From NCBI RefSeq assembly GCF_006345805.1, contig NC_043011.1:43536464-43600463 (forward strand): a DNA stretch of 64,000 bases. The letters are read 5' to 3'. The first letter of the stretch is position 1, and every line of letters begins with the position of its first letter. Origin of the DNA: Octopus sinensis. Its lineage: Eukaryota. Of the stretch, positions 1 through 13,475 are shown one piece after another. The notes under the pieces were generated by a model, which saw only the letters and a list, made by a program, of their open reading frames with translations, made no database searches and was not told where the DNA came from. Position numbers and translations under genes: made by a program.

Positions 1-300
1 TCAGTCACCTTATACTTGTAGAGAACCTGAATCGGTAATAAGCTAAGAACTACATCAAAACCTAATTGGATCTAATCTGATAATATTCCACAGGTCGTGG
101 AAAGACGGGCGGGATTGTTCTTCCACTAAATGCTAAAGTTATCCTTGCAGACATTTCATTCGGCTGCGAACTACATTATTCACCGCATTTTACCCTGTTG
201 ATATTAACTAAATTCAAATGAAAGAGCAGAGCTTTTTTCTTGGTTAGAGACTTGGTTTTTCTCTTTTGGTTAGAAATTTGAAAATTTAATAAGTGCATAC

Positions 301-312
301 ACATATATATAT

Positions 313-354
<42 letters not shown>

Positions 355-377
355 ATATCTATATATATATATAATAT

Positions 378-411
<34 letters not shown>

Positions 412-620
412 ACGGGATGCTTTATGAAAATAAACAAAAGACGAAGGCAGGTGGAATATAAACAAACAGATGTATTAGTGTGGCGCTCAGGAATATAAAT
501 AAAACAAGTCTTTTACGTTTCGAGCCTACGCTCTTCAACAGAAAGATACACAGAAAAGAAACACGGAGAGAAACAAGGAGAGAGAAAAAAATGCGTGCAG
601 AAGCTAGCGAATCAACATGG

Positions 621-673
<53 letters not shown>

Positions 674-930
674 TAGAAACATAGATACAATGGTACATAC
701 ATACATACATACAAACATTGATCCACCCCTCCAAACACACATACATTCATCTATCTGTCAGTCCAGACATCTATCCATAAATAAACATCCATACATACAT
801 CCATCTATACATGCATGTATACATACATACATACTTACATACATGCATATATACGTATATACATGCACACATACATGCATACATATATGCGTGCGTGCAT
901 GTATGCATACATAGTAGCATACATACAAAC
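301..930. repeat. (TA)n and (TACA)n microsatellite tracts
   Basis: (TA)n at 301-411 and 626-668; TACA/CATC-rich tract ~695-930; the overlapping ORFs are YI/IY low-complexity artefacts. Confidence 0.95.
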
Positions 931-1291
931 ACTCGACGCGAGCAATTACATAACTGGCGTGGAAGACTATTCATTGAATCAGTGATGAGTATTATCTCCA
1001 ACATTAATACCACAGCTGTCATCCTCGTTAAAATAATTGATTATTCTTGCTATTATCGGCATAGGAGAAACCTTTTTATTGAAGCTCGTAGTGATATCCA
1101 ACTCAAACTTGTATTCACCCTTCGGAGATTTGCCACAGACATCGTGGTTGAACATGTCAAGAACAAACAATACCAGCGAAGAAACGCGGAAAAACAAAAC
1201 TGAGGAAGCCAATTATAATTTTATTTGCTGTAGTTAAAATAGAAGCAGAAAGTATGAAGTGAATTTTATTAAATGTGTATTTAATAAAAGG

Positions 1292-1675
1292 GTGGAGGCG
1301 CAATGGCCCAGTGGTTAGGGCAGCGGACTCGCGGTCGTAGGATCGCGGTTTCGATTCCCAGACCGGGCACTGTGAGTGTTTATTGAGCGAAAACACCTAA
1401 AGCCCCACGAGGCTCCGGCAGGGGATGGTGGTGAACCCTGCTGTACTCTTTCACCACAACTTTCTCCCGCTCTTTCTTCATGTTTCTGTTGTACCTGTAT
1501 TTCAAAGGGCCAGCCTTGTCACTTTCTGTGTCACGCTGAATATCCCCGAGAACTACGTTAAGGGTACACGTGTCTGTGGAGTGCTCAGCCACTTACACGT
1601 TAATATCACGAGCAAGCTGTTCCGTTGATCGTATCAGCAGGGACCCTCATCGTCGCAACCGACGGAGTGCTCCTA
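1292..1675 (+). mobile_element. tRNA-derived SINE, family A1, full length with TSD
   Basis: tRNA-like head GTGGAGGCGCAATGGCCCAGTGGTTAGGGCAGCGGACTCGCGGTCG..GGTTTCGATTCCC; near-identical copies at 4562, 22216, 45001; TSD TATTTAATAAA at 1278-1288 and 1679-1689. Confidence 0.9.
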
Positions 1676-1695
1676 TCCTATTTAATAAAGATAAG

Positions 1696-1813
1696 AGCAG
1701 GAGTGACAGTATGGTAAGAAGCTTGCTTCCTAACTCATGATTCATAACCTCCGGATTCAGTTCCAGTACGTGGCACCTTGGGCAAGTGTCTTCTGCTATA
1801 GAATCGAGCCGAC
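1696..1813 (+). mobile_element. SINE family B, 5' fragment
   Basis: Matches the head of the 23175-23570 copy (..GTGGCACCTTGGGCAAGTGTCTTCTGCTATAG..). Confidence 0.75.
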
Positions 1814-2594
1814 TTCATACCAAATTGTCTAGCCTTCTAAAGTGGAGCTGTTTTTAATTGTTATTTGATAATTATGACACATCTCGAGAAGTTGATTTTA
1901 ATAAATCAAAAAGTCATGTTGTATGGTATTTGATATACCTATATCTGTCTACGTTGTTCAAGTACCTACCGCTGACTACACTGACTTATTTATTTTAGTT
2001 CCCTATCTGTAGTAAGACTGACTGTTCCCCAAAGTGACAGAGATTATAAAAGTAGCGACAATAAGCAGTCTACTACAAACTGGAAGAGCAAACAATATAA
2101 ACAATTTAAATTTTTCGTATTAAAATATTTCAGGAAGAGTTTATTTTGGTTTTGAAAGTTCCGTTACACCACATATCTCTAAAATGATATTAATGGTGAT
2201 TAGCGAAATCGAGGCTGACTATTAACAACAGAGTAATGTCCCTTCGATTTAGTACATTAACAATTGTATACGTGCTCTGAACAACTGCGAAGTACTACCA
2301 TGGAAATATTAATTAAATAAATTAAAAAGCGGTAGTATCATAGATATGGAAAATGGAGAAAGAGATTGTTAATCCATAGAAGACCCTCAGTTATGGAGCA
2401 ATAATTATCTCAAGAAAACAATCAAATAAGTACCATTTTTATCAATAAAAGTGGAGTACTGTCAGAAACAACGTTTGGGGAAAGGAGAGTAAAAATCTGT
2501 TGTATATATATATATATTCATATATTCGTATAAATTGATGACTATCAAATGGGAGTTAAAACTTCCAGTATGAAATTTCGGTATTAAAAGAGAA

Positions 2595-3343
2595 CAGAAA
2601 GAAAATTAATAATAAATCTCTGAACGAGATATAAACAGTAACCGCTCGACAACGTAAGGTGTACTAGCCATCTGAATGTGGCTAGCCACTGGGGGTGGGG
2701 TGTTACTGATGCTTTTAGCCCCAGGCGATCAACGTCACCAGATGGACTTTAGACACTATCTCAGTGCCCTTGTGTTATTTGCAAAGGGAGGTCATCCTCC
2801 CTCGAAGACCTAAGTACTACATACGGACTATAGTTTCAAGGTAATTGCCTCTCGTCAACGCATGGTAAGCACCGGTCTTCGATGAAGGAGTGCCCCTGCA
2901 AATAATATATAACGTTTTTCACAGCAACCACTGTCACTGATTTAGAAAAACTGTCTGAAAGCAATAATAAATCTCTGAACGAGATATAAACAGTAACCGC
3001 TCGACAACGTAAGGTGTACTAGCCATCTGAATGTGGCTAGCCACTGAGGGTGGGGTGTTACTGATGCTTTTAGCCCCAGGCGATCAACGTCACCAGATTG
3101 ACTTTAGACACTATCTCAGTGCCCTTGTGTTATTTGCAAAGGGACTATAGTCCGTATGTAGTACTTAGGTCTTCGAGGGAGGATGACCTCCCTTTGCAAA
3201 TAACACAAGGGCACTGAGATAGTGTCTAAAGTCCATCTGGTGACGTTGATCGCCTGGGGCTAAAAGCATCAGTAACACCCCACCCCCAGTGGCTAGCCAC
3301 ATTCAGATGGCTAGTACACCTTACGTTAAGAAAGAAAATTAAT
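2595..3343. repeat. Local direct duplication plus inverted copy
   Basis: 2608-2790 repeated at 2962-3144; 3145-3327 is the reverse complement of 2652-2832; AGAAAGAAAATTAAT at both 2595 and 3329. Confidence 0.9.
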
Positions 3344-3384
3344 TTATAAGAAATTCAGTTGAAACGAATAAAATGTTTACTGAC

Positions 3385-3451
3385 TTCCAATCAGTTAAGA
3401 TTAAAATAAGAAGCTATGAGACCCACTGACTGGTACTGCATCAGGGCATTT
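3385..3451 (+). mobile_element. Terminal fragment of microsatellite-embedded element D
   Basis: ACTTCCAATCAGTTAAGAT..TGGTACTGCATCAGGGCATTT matches the end of the 16191-16748 copy. Confidence 0.8.
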
Positions 3452-3487
3452 ATCATTATTATGTTGTGTCTCTGAATTGTTTTGGTG

Positions 3488-3648
<161 letters not shown>

Positions 3649-4561
3649 TGCATCATATATTACATGAGTTTAAATTTGGTTCGTGACCTTTGCCTTCACA
3701 CTGTATTTGAAAGACCAAAACTCACATTCCAGTACTTGGACGATAAATCAGATTTTGCCCTTGATGCTAAAACACCGAAACTTGTTAGCAGCACCAGAAA
3801 TTCCTACATCAACAGTGACAGAGACACCCGTTTCAAACAAAAAGGCAAACAAGGAGGCCGTGCCTTAACACTAATTTGAAAAGACTTTCACAATCCCATT
3901 AAATTTATTCGGCAGTATATACGAACCACTGAAAGTCAAACTGTGTTCATTCAGCAAGTAAGCAAAATCGATACAAAGACAAAGATTTTGAAATGTGCTC
4001 CTCTTAATGCCCAAAGAAATACACCTTAGCAATTTGCATACTTCTATCGCAAAACAATATCGCATGCAAGTTTTTCTCTTTATCTGTAAAAGATCGTAGG
4101 TGGTAATAATGTTAGAGAGTTTAGATATGACAGTCGCATAGATAACCTAAGTAGTTTGTCTTGGACTAAAAGCTTGTTCAAAAGATATTTTAGTTCTTGC
4201 TCAGAAAAGTGTGGTTTTGTAATCCGGAAAATGAAAATAACAATGAGATAACTGATACACAAGAACATGATAAGGATTCAGGTAATAGAGATCGATGTGA
4301 CAACTGATGGAGACTGTGAGACTGTTAGAATTAAGAATGAAAATATCAGCTACATTACAAGTAGCTGTCAAAAATGATATCCCGATACTAGTTACGAGGT
4401 ATGGTGTTTTGGCGAGAGAACATTATACAATGTAATCCAACTATCTCGTTGATGTTGTTTAAATTCCAATGAAAGAAGCTTGATTCTAGATTAGAAACTA
4501 GTTCGGGAAATAAAACCAGAATAGATAAACACATGCAAGCTACATGTATGCATTTTTTTAA

Positions 4562-4851
4562 GCACTCCGTCGGTTACGACGACGAGGGTTCCGGTTGATC
4601 CGAATCAACGGAACAGCCTGCTCGTGAAATTAACGTGTAAGTGGCTGAGCACTCCACAGACACGTGTACCCTTAACGTAGTTCTCGGGGATATTCAGCGT
4701 GGCACAGAGAGTGACAAGGCCGGCCGTTTGAAATACAGGTACAACAGAAACAGGAAGTAAGAGTGAGAGAAAGTTGTGGTGAAAGAGTACAGCAGGGATC
4801 ACCACCATCCCCTGCCGGAGCCTCGTGGAGCTTTAGGTGTTTTCGCTCAAT
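4562..4851 (-). mobile_element. SINE family A1, 5'-truncated
   Basis: Reverse complement of the 3' ~290 bp of 1292-1675; tRNA head missing. Confidence 0.9.
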
Positions 4852-5220
4852 AATGCATACATACATGATGACTGCGACTCATTTTCGAGTAATGCCATCG
4901 CTTGAAGGTTCACTTTGGCTTTTCAGTTCCGATAATGAATTACACGCTTTTGTACAGATGTAGCAACGATGGACACCTCATGAGTTAGTTGTTATAATAA
5001 TGTTTTGGTGGACCTTCATATAGCAATTCAGTTCGTCCCCTAACGCGCGTATTTTTCCACACTGATTGCTAGTAGAGACGTGACAGAATGCACAGTTAAC
5101 AACCTCCTTGTGTGTATGGCTTCTCTGACGAGTTTTAAGGCTCTCCTTAGTTAGACAAACACGCCTATATTCGTTATTTATTAAATTGGGTTGTGCACCA
5201 TCACACACAGGTAAACTCAT

Positions 5221-5582
<362 letters not shown>

Positions 5583-7019
5583 GACATGTTGATCTTTTAC
5601 AATACAAAAATCACGAAATAACTACGAAATACATAATGTAAAAAATGAAAACAGTGAAGATAACAAAAAACGTCAATTTGAATAGATTTCTCTGGAAAAT
5701 ATTTGATATTCAGCTGCCCCAAAATGTCATCAGGTAACTAAGTTCTATTGTTGCATGGTGTCATTGTTTAAATAAACATACAATGCCAACAGCGAGAAAG
5801 ACTGCCTCGGGATATATATATGGAGACTACTTCGGTAAATGAATACTTAAATATCGACCGAAGATAAACAGGTGGAATATCTCTATGAAAATACCCGGCA
5901 TTTTCTAAAATAAAAAGATAGATAGACTGCAGCCATGCTGGGGCATCATCTTGAAACGTATTAGTCAACCAGATCAGCCCCAGTACATACTTCATTAAGG
6001 GCTGCTGCCGACTATTTTCCATCTATAGAAGTATTTTTACCCGATTTTCTAAAGCTATTTTCACAGTTATTACCCTGCGTTTGATAATTAATTAGGTGTG
6101 TGTGTTTATACATACATGCATGCCGGGCTTCCACACAGTTTCTGTCTACCAAATTCACGCATCGGTGAGATTGAACCATTGAACCCGAACCCACGTAGTT
6201 TCTAAGTGGGCTTCTTAACCACACAGCCGAATCTGCGACTGATACAGACGTGTCGAGCAAGAAAAGAAAAATCATGAAATGTCTGAGAAGTCAGCTGCAC
6301 CACGGACGTAAGCATTTCTTCCACAATTAGTTACAAAGAGAATATTTATAGACAACCTCTGCAGATTATGAATTCACATTTCTACAGATAATTACTGCAG
6401 CTGCTCATGGCTGTTTGCAAATATTTAAGTGATTATCTCGAAAAGTGTGTGTTTTCAGGCAAAGTGACCAGCTAACATACACTTTGCATACATAATCTTT
6501 CCCAATAGCTGGTGTCTTGAAGGTCGTCCACCCACTCACTAATTATCTAGCGAACACATAACTAACATTAATCACATCTACTCAAAAGATGGTCTTGTAT
6601 GTTTCTGAATATTCAGTGACGTTCTGACTCTTTATATGAAATATATTGCTCCAATCCAAGTATGCTAGTCAAGCGTACTTTTAAAGAAAGTTATCATCAA
6701 GTAGACACTTGGTAAGCTCGAAAACGCAGCTAAAGTTTACTTAGCCTCTTCAAAAGGGAGGGAGAGATGGATATTGCATTCCTATAAGCACTACGCAGGC
6801 TAAAAGGATGGTTTAGTTAATAAGGGAATAGCATTAATCATATATATTCACAGTCAGAACTGAACTTCATACTAATCAACATTATATCGTCTGTAAGTCA
6901 GAAGGAAAGCATCTAAACGGTAAATTGTGCAACCTGCTAAAATTGGTATCCAAATTTCATCCAATTTTCACTTAAACTACTATACACACATGAGGATTTT
7001 ATTAGGTAGGTAATAATTG

Positions 7020-7520
7020 ATTCTTTTATGAGCCACAAGGTTTCAGATACAAAAACATTAAATGACTTACAGCAACATAAAAGACAAAAAACAGGACGAT
7101 ACAATGGTTTTATAGCGTGTAAACAATATAAATTACAATAAAGAAATTAAACAAATTAAAATTCCCCAATAGGGGAAGCGCTTTAAGGTCCTCGCGGAAA
7201 AACCCCAAAAGCCACGGGTGCCTGATCAATAGAGCAAGAGCCCTTCTCCTTTAATTCCCTTTTTACAGGTGCACGCTCAAAATTGGTCCTTTCACACTGG
7301 CCATTCTTCCAACATTCACCCACCTTTCAACAAATTTGCTACAAGGCAACACTTCCCTCTCCACCCTGAACTTCCCTTTCAAGTGAAACTGGAAAAAGTT
7401 GAGGAGGGCTTGGCCAAAGAGGTAAGTGTCTGTCTTCAACCCTTTCAAACGGGTCCACCATACTACCTCTTTCGCTACAGCTACAAGACACATAAGGTAG
7501 TTAATAATGAATGCAGAGAG
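7020..7520 (-). mobile_element. Probable L1/Tx1-like LINE 3' end (ORF2 C-terminus and 3' UTR)
   Basis: Minus ORF 7263-7493 (VVWWTRLKGLKTDT..KGKFRVERE..FVERWV) resembles, from memory, C-termini of Tx1-like ORF2; not database-checked. Confidence 0.45.
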
Positions 7521-7821
7521 ACTTTGTATTAAACACAGATATGCATTGCATGAAAAAAAGACAAGAGCCTTCTAGTTGAAACGCCTTTGAATATTGCTCA
7601 TTGGTGGAAGCTGAAAAAGGTGAAGTGATAACAACAGTTAGAGAATGTGATGTCTGGACATTAAATAGGGCTACCGATTTTCTAACAAGTAATATGCATG
7701 AAAGAAGTTCTGTGGTTGCACACCGTGGAAACTTCTAGGTTACGAGTAACAGGAGCGGTTTCAATAAAGTACAACACTTGACGTTTCTTACTGAGTACTC
7801 CTCAAAATTGTTACCCAACAA

Positions 7822-8080
7822 CAAATCTCTGTCTGTATGCGCGTGCGTGCGTGCATTTGTGTCTATGTTTGTATCCCACCCCATCATCGCTTGACAAACG
7901 ATGCTAACGTGCGCACGTCTCCGTAACTTGGCGGTTCGGCTAAGGATACCGATAGAATAAATGCTAGGTTTACAAAGAAGTATTGGGGTCGTGTTCTTCA
8001 ACTAAAAAAAACTCTTTAAGGTGGTGCTCCAGCATGGCCGCAATCAAAATGACTGAAACAAGTAACCGAGTAAAAGAATA
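7822..8080 (+). mobile_element. SINE family B, 3' part
   Basis: CATCGCTTGACAAACGATGCT..GGTGCTCCAGCATGGCCGCAATCAAAATGACTGAAACAAGTA matches 23390-23570. Confidence 0.8.
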
Positions 8081-8096
8081 TGCAGAAATTAATGTG

Positions 8097-8330
8097 GTGA
8101 GTTGACAGAAACGTTAGCACGCCGGGCGAAATGCTTAGCGGTATTATGTCTGCCGCTACGTTCAGAGTTCAAATTCGTCGAGGTCGACTTTGCCTTTCAT
8201 CCTATCGGGGTCGATTGAATAAGTACCAGTTACGCACTGGGTTAGATGTAATCGACTTAATCCGTTTGTCTGTCCTTGTTTGTCCCCTCTATGTTTAGCC
8301 CTTTGTGGGCAATAAAGAAATACAAATATA
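8097..8330 (+). mobile_element. SINE family C
   Basis: GAAACGTTAGCACGCCGGGCGAAATGCTTAGCGG..GAGTTCAAATT..GAGGTCGACTTTGCCTTTCATCC; copies at 16819, 19634, 23766, 61488, 62160-62745. Confidence 0.85.
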
Positions 8331-9039
8331 CAGAAATGAACAACACACATCAATGATGACAAGATTTCACAGTATTAACGCCTACAGGAAGGACATACGG
8401 TTAAATACAGAGTAAGATATGTAATTTAATGAGCAGCCCAGAAGCGAGCTTTTAATCAACTATATGGTCTTCATGAGAAGACATCCCAAAGAAATCTTTC
8501 AGCGTCATTATTTTACATTACTTAACCACTAATCTCACGCCAAATATCCTCTCAGACATAGCTATGTCATTTGAGGGTAAACAAGATCGATATATGTCGA
8601 GAGTTTTCATCGAAATTGCCAAATATCAGAGATACTCTCCATTCTTCATTTAATTTCTTTTCATATTGAGCTCTTTGCTACTGCTTGTGTTCATCGTCAT
8701 AAATATTCATTAGTATAACATTTTTCTTCTCATTACAGATATAATTATATGCGGTTAACTGATCTGTTTTATTCTTGCGTTAAATATGTTAGACTACGCT
8801 TTGCTACAACAATGATTGATTCTCTGCTTCTCTGTAAATAATATTCTAATATATAACGTTATTTAGTTCCTAGCCTTTCCCATTTAAGCAAAATTACAGC
8901 TGACCACGACAATGGATCAAATTTCAAACTATTCAGCAGTAACTGACATTAATTATGAGTAGAATTGTAACCAGGGAGAAATCTTCGTTTTAATCAAATC
9001 AGATTAAGATAACCACATTCGATTAGCTATTGTTTCTAA

Positions 9040-9243
9040 AGCGATCTTTTGCGGTGAAGATTTTATACTGCATTTGTCTTAGAGTGAAAACATATCTTAT
9101 AACCTTCTACCGATTCATTTATCAAAGAATACTTAAATTCTAGCGATCTTTTGCGGTGAAGATGTTATACTGCATTTGTCTTAGAGTGAAAACATATCTT
9201 ACAACCTTCTACCGATTCATTTATCAAAGAATACTTAAATTCT
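9040..9243. repeat. 102-bp tandem duplication
   Basis: 9040-9141 and 9142-9243 differ at about 2 positions. Confidence 0.95.
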
Positions 9244-9584
9244 TTATTCAATTGCAATTGTATGTGCATGACACACACCTACATATATACACACATGCGC
9301 TCAGGATACACATACGTATCTGTATACATAAATAGATACATGTGTGTGTGTGTGCGTGTGTATAAACACATACGTGTGTACATATATATATATATATTAT
9401 ATATATATATATATATAATATATATAATATATATATATATATATATACGTATGTATATACGTATATATGTGTGTTTATACGTATATATATATATATATAT
9501 ATATATACGTATATACACACATATGTATGTACATGTGTGTGTGGGTGTATTATATATAGATTCATTTAAACATACATACAAATA

Positions 9585-10470
9585 CATGGGTGGGCCGAAA
9601 TTAGTGCCCCAATTTTTTTGACAATATACATGAAATGTAATGAAAATGGGAAAACCTGCACAAGTTTTATGTGAAACACGAAGAGAACATCAATTTGACA
9701 GGTTATTCAAAGTGGCGGCCGTTCGTTGATATGCACCTCTCATAACACCTGGCCAAACCCGCGAATGTATTTCGACACATTTGTTCACAAAGTCGACTGT
9801 GACATACAGTTACGTGTTCTTCCAATTGGTTCAAATTAAGGATCGTTTCTTTCTAGACTTGATCTCTGAAGTATCCCCAGAGAAAAACGTCACACAGAGT
9901 TAAATCCGGAGAACTTGCTGGATATTCAGAAAAGCTGCCGCGACGTCCTATCCATCGATTTCGTAGGTGCTGATCGAGGAAGTTTCTTAGACGTTTGTCA
10001 TGATGAGGAAGTTCTCCATATTGCACAAAGATTTTGGAATGACGATATCGAAAATACGGCCAGATGATGTTTTCACTCAATGCCAGGTAACGATAACCAT
10101 CCATCGTCTCTCGTTGAATATAAAATACACAATTTCCTGAAGACGATATCGCCGCCCAAATCACAAGAAAAGGTGAATTGACGTACTTTTCCCAAACCAC
10201 TTCAGGGTCACCTTCTGAATAATAGAAGCAGTTATGGCGGTTGATGTGAATGGAAACATGGAAGGTTGCTTCATGAGAGCAAATGAGTCGATGAAAAATC
10301 TATAATCTCTGGGTTCTGCCAGCATTCTCTCACAAAATTCGACGCGTCGAATAATCAATGACGTATAGAAATAATCAATGACATAATAAGAGGATACCTC
10401 AAGAAACTACAGAACTAATTGACATACAATTGGGACACATAAAGTTGAGACACTAATTTTAGTCCACCCT
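9585..10470 (-). mobile_element. Internally deleted Tc1/mariner transposon
   Basis: ORF 9853-10200 with RWIGRRGS..YPASSPDLTLCDVFLWGY (WPPRSPDL-type DDE/D motif); degenerate TIRs CATGGGTGGGCCGAAATTAGTGCCCCAA / TTGAGACACTAATTTTAGTCCACCCT; TA at left flank. Confidence 0.85.
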
Positions 10471-10471
10471 A

Positions 10472-10810
<339 letters not shown>

Positions 10811-11147
10811 GCATATACATAGATAATTACAAGAGCAACAATTCATGTGATTAAACCAGCCGCTAGTATAAAAACTTAATAAGTTCCATAACGAAGCCAC
10901 CCTTTATCTAACGCACGGCAAAACAATCTCACGCTGGAATTAATACTTCAAAGATAAAGCACCCACTACTAATGACATCTATTCTCGACATCAAAACAAA
11001 AACTGTCTCTTAAAGCTGTTTACAGTTTCTTTTTGAAATTCAAATGTTTTGTAAAATCAATCTCTAACTCATACACCCATACTAACACATATATATATAT
11101 ATAAGTATATCAGTGTGTGTAACTGCGATTTGTGTGCACATATTTAT

Positions 11148-11189
<42 letters not shown>

Positions 11190-11204
11190 ATATATATATA
11201 TTCT

Positions 11205-11400
11205 TTTATTCTTTTACTTGTCTCAGTCATTTGACTGCGGCCATGCTGGAGCACCGCCTTTAGTCAAAAAAATCGATCCCCAGAACATATTCTTTGTAAG
11301 CCTAGTACTTCTATCAGTAGTCTTTTGCCGATCCGCTAAGTTATGGGGACGTAACCACACCAACATCTGTGTCAAGCGATGGTGTGGGCTCAAACACAGA
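11205..11400 (-). mobile_element. SINE family B, 3' part
   Basis: TTTTACTTGTCTCAGTCATTTGACTGCGGCCATGCTGGAGCACCGCC is the reverse complement of the family B tail. Confidence 0.8.
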
Positions 11401-11469
11401 CACATACATATGTATATATCATTCATATGTATATATCATTCACACGCGATAGTGTGTGAATAATATTCT

Positions 11470-13475
11470 TGATGTCATCTCGTAGAAACCGTCAGAAGAG
11501 TGTGACAGGATATTAAAATTAAGGCATGACACGGAAGAATTTCAACGGAAAGAGTGTTTTCACATAAGACCAATGCAAAAATGTCGGAAGACAAATAAAA
11601 TGTTGCAGGAAAAACAGAAAAAATATCGGTATGTAGACGCATGTGTGGAATGTGGTGGGATGCACTTGAAAAAAGAATGTCTGTATAAAAAGTGTTTTTG
11701 CTGCGGGTTTATAGGAGATATGAAATCGTGTTGCAAAACTAGAATGATAGGAAAATGAAACAAACCAAAAAATAAATAGTTTGTCAGCAGAAAATGTTGT
11801 GACTACAACAAACAGAAAATTCGTGAATGTGAAAATTGAAAATACTAGTGTCAGAATGGAATTAGAGTCGGGAAGCGATATCAGACTCATAAATAAAAAA
11901 AAAAAAAACAGGAACAAATGGGAAAAACCCAAATTATGTAGTTCAAACGAAATAACGTGCGGTGTTACAGGAAGAAAATTTCATTTCACGAGCGAACGCG
12001 TTTGTAATATAATGTTCAAAGATCGAACCAAAAAAGTGAATGTTTATGTGTTGAAAAAAAATCCATGAATTTATTTGTCACCAAATGTATGGGGAAATTT
12101 AATGTATTGGATGCACCCATAAGCGCTTCGTGTAATAGAGTAAACGGAGTAGTCAAATGATCGAAAGAAGTGAATAAAAAATGAAGTGAAACAAAAAAAG
12201 CGACGTGGAACATCGTGTCGTGCGTGAACTACCAGTAACTTTGGAAGAAATAAAAAGAAATGCGAGAAATGACAAACATTTTAATGGGACAAAAAGAAAA
12301 CTGTGGTCGACAATAGGAAATATAAAAGGTCTGATACAAAGAACCGCCAAAATATGAACGTGTACTCTATATGTGATGGTGTACAAATATACGCTCAGAG
12401 GCTGGTCATATCACAGATATTACAGAAGAGAATGCTAAACGAGTTTCATGTGGGACATCTGGGTATCTCAAGAATAAAAGCGCTGTTGCGAAGTTTCTTA
12501 TACTGGCCAAGTCGAACGTTTCGAGGACACTTTTAAGGGAGCATTAAAGACGGCTAATAAGGAAGCCACTGACGAGGTCGCGATCCAACAATTCTTAAGG
12601 GTATACTGAGTAACTCCGAACCCAAATGCGCCAGAAGGAAAGTCACCAACAGAATTAATGTTTGCCAGAAAGGTGAAGTCAGTGTTCAATTAACTGTTAC
12701 CAGTGAAGAAAAAAATATGTGCTAGTAAAGACAGGTCAAAATTCTTTAGAATAAGTGATTTGGTATACGTTAGAACGTACAAAAATGGCAATCAACAGTG
12801 GGAAGAAGGAAAATTGTAGCATACAAAGGAGGAATGGTGAATGGTGTAAGAAGCAGAAATGGAATGGAAATGAGACAGAAACCAGCTTAAGGAAAGAGTC
12901 ATAAAAAAGGAACCAACAAGAGTAAAAATACCCATGATTGGCTATATGATACTTTTCAGGTTCCAGCATCGTTACAGGAACTCGAAACCACACGTACAAA
13001 GAAAAGGAAGAACAATGAATTCCTAAAAATAGACCCTAAGAAGAAAAGATATTGAGCATGTGTGTGTGTGTGCGCGCGCGCGTAAAGGAGGGCATAGGGT
13101 GAATAAAAGATATTGATTTTAAATAAAAAATTAAAAGGGGAGATGTTGTGTGGTGAAACTGTACACCCCTCCGGGTAAAATGTGGTAGGTGTCAGCCATT
13201 ATAAATAAACCAGTAGCCGGTCGACAAGAGATCAGAAAGGCCAAGGAGGCCAGAAGGTCGAGAGTACGTGTAAACTATGCTGATAGTCGTGTCTATGCTG
13301 ATATAGTAATTATACTGCGATACTGAGTGGACGTTAAAACTATCCGACCTTTTGGGGATAATAACACTGTACGACTGGGGGTCGTACAGTGCCAGATCGA
13401 AACATTCTATCGACGATTTCGGAACATAACAATATCTGCCGGAGCGACAACTGTTGTCAAAAGACAGGTACAACA
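11470..13475 (+). mobile_element. Degenerate Gypsy/Ty3 LTR retrotransposon (gag zinc knuckle, protease, integrase remnants, 3' LTR)
   Basis: CVECGGMH..C..KCFCCG (CCHC-like, 11573-11758); VRMELESGSDIRLIN (aspartic protease LDTG-like); EFHVGHLGISRIKALLRSFLYWP (integrase H2C2 region); VTPNPNAPEGKSPTELMFARKVKS; many stops and deletions. Confidence 0.85.
13144..13475 (+). mobile_element. 3' LTR of the Gypsy element
   Basis: Polypurine tract AAAAGGGGAGA (13133-13143) directly before TGTTG; ends CAACA at 13471-13475; 332 bp. Confidence 0.75.

Noticed and set aside
422-1022. Many ORFs rich in YI/IY, poly-I, poly-N, poly-H or poly-Y (also at 3.4, 5.2, 9.2, 10.5, 14.8-17.2 and 62.7 kb)
   Set aside because: Translations of stop-free microsatellites; no coding signal
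1292-1370. tRNA-like heads of SINE A1/A2 as tRNA genes
   Set aside because: They run into SINE bodies with TSDs and lack a closed acceptor stem
2690-2900. Possible hammerhead ribozyme (CTGATG, CGATGAAG) in the duplicated segment
   Set aside because: Could not assemble a CUGANGA/GAAA/UH core with three stems by eye; needs an Infernal search
3683-4268. Short non-repetitive ORFs
   Set aside because: Stops in all frames and no recognisable motif; perhaps a decayed TE
5768-6022. ORF containing GYFHRDIP, reminiscent of a kinase HRD loop
   Set aside because: Lacks the K-x-x-N continuation and any other kinase motif; probably chance
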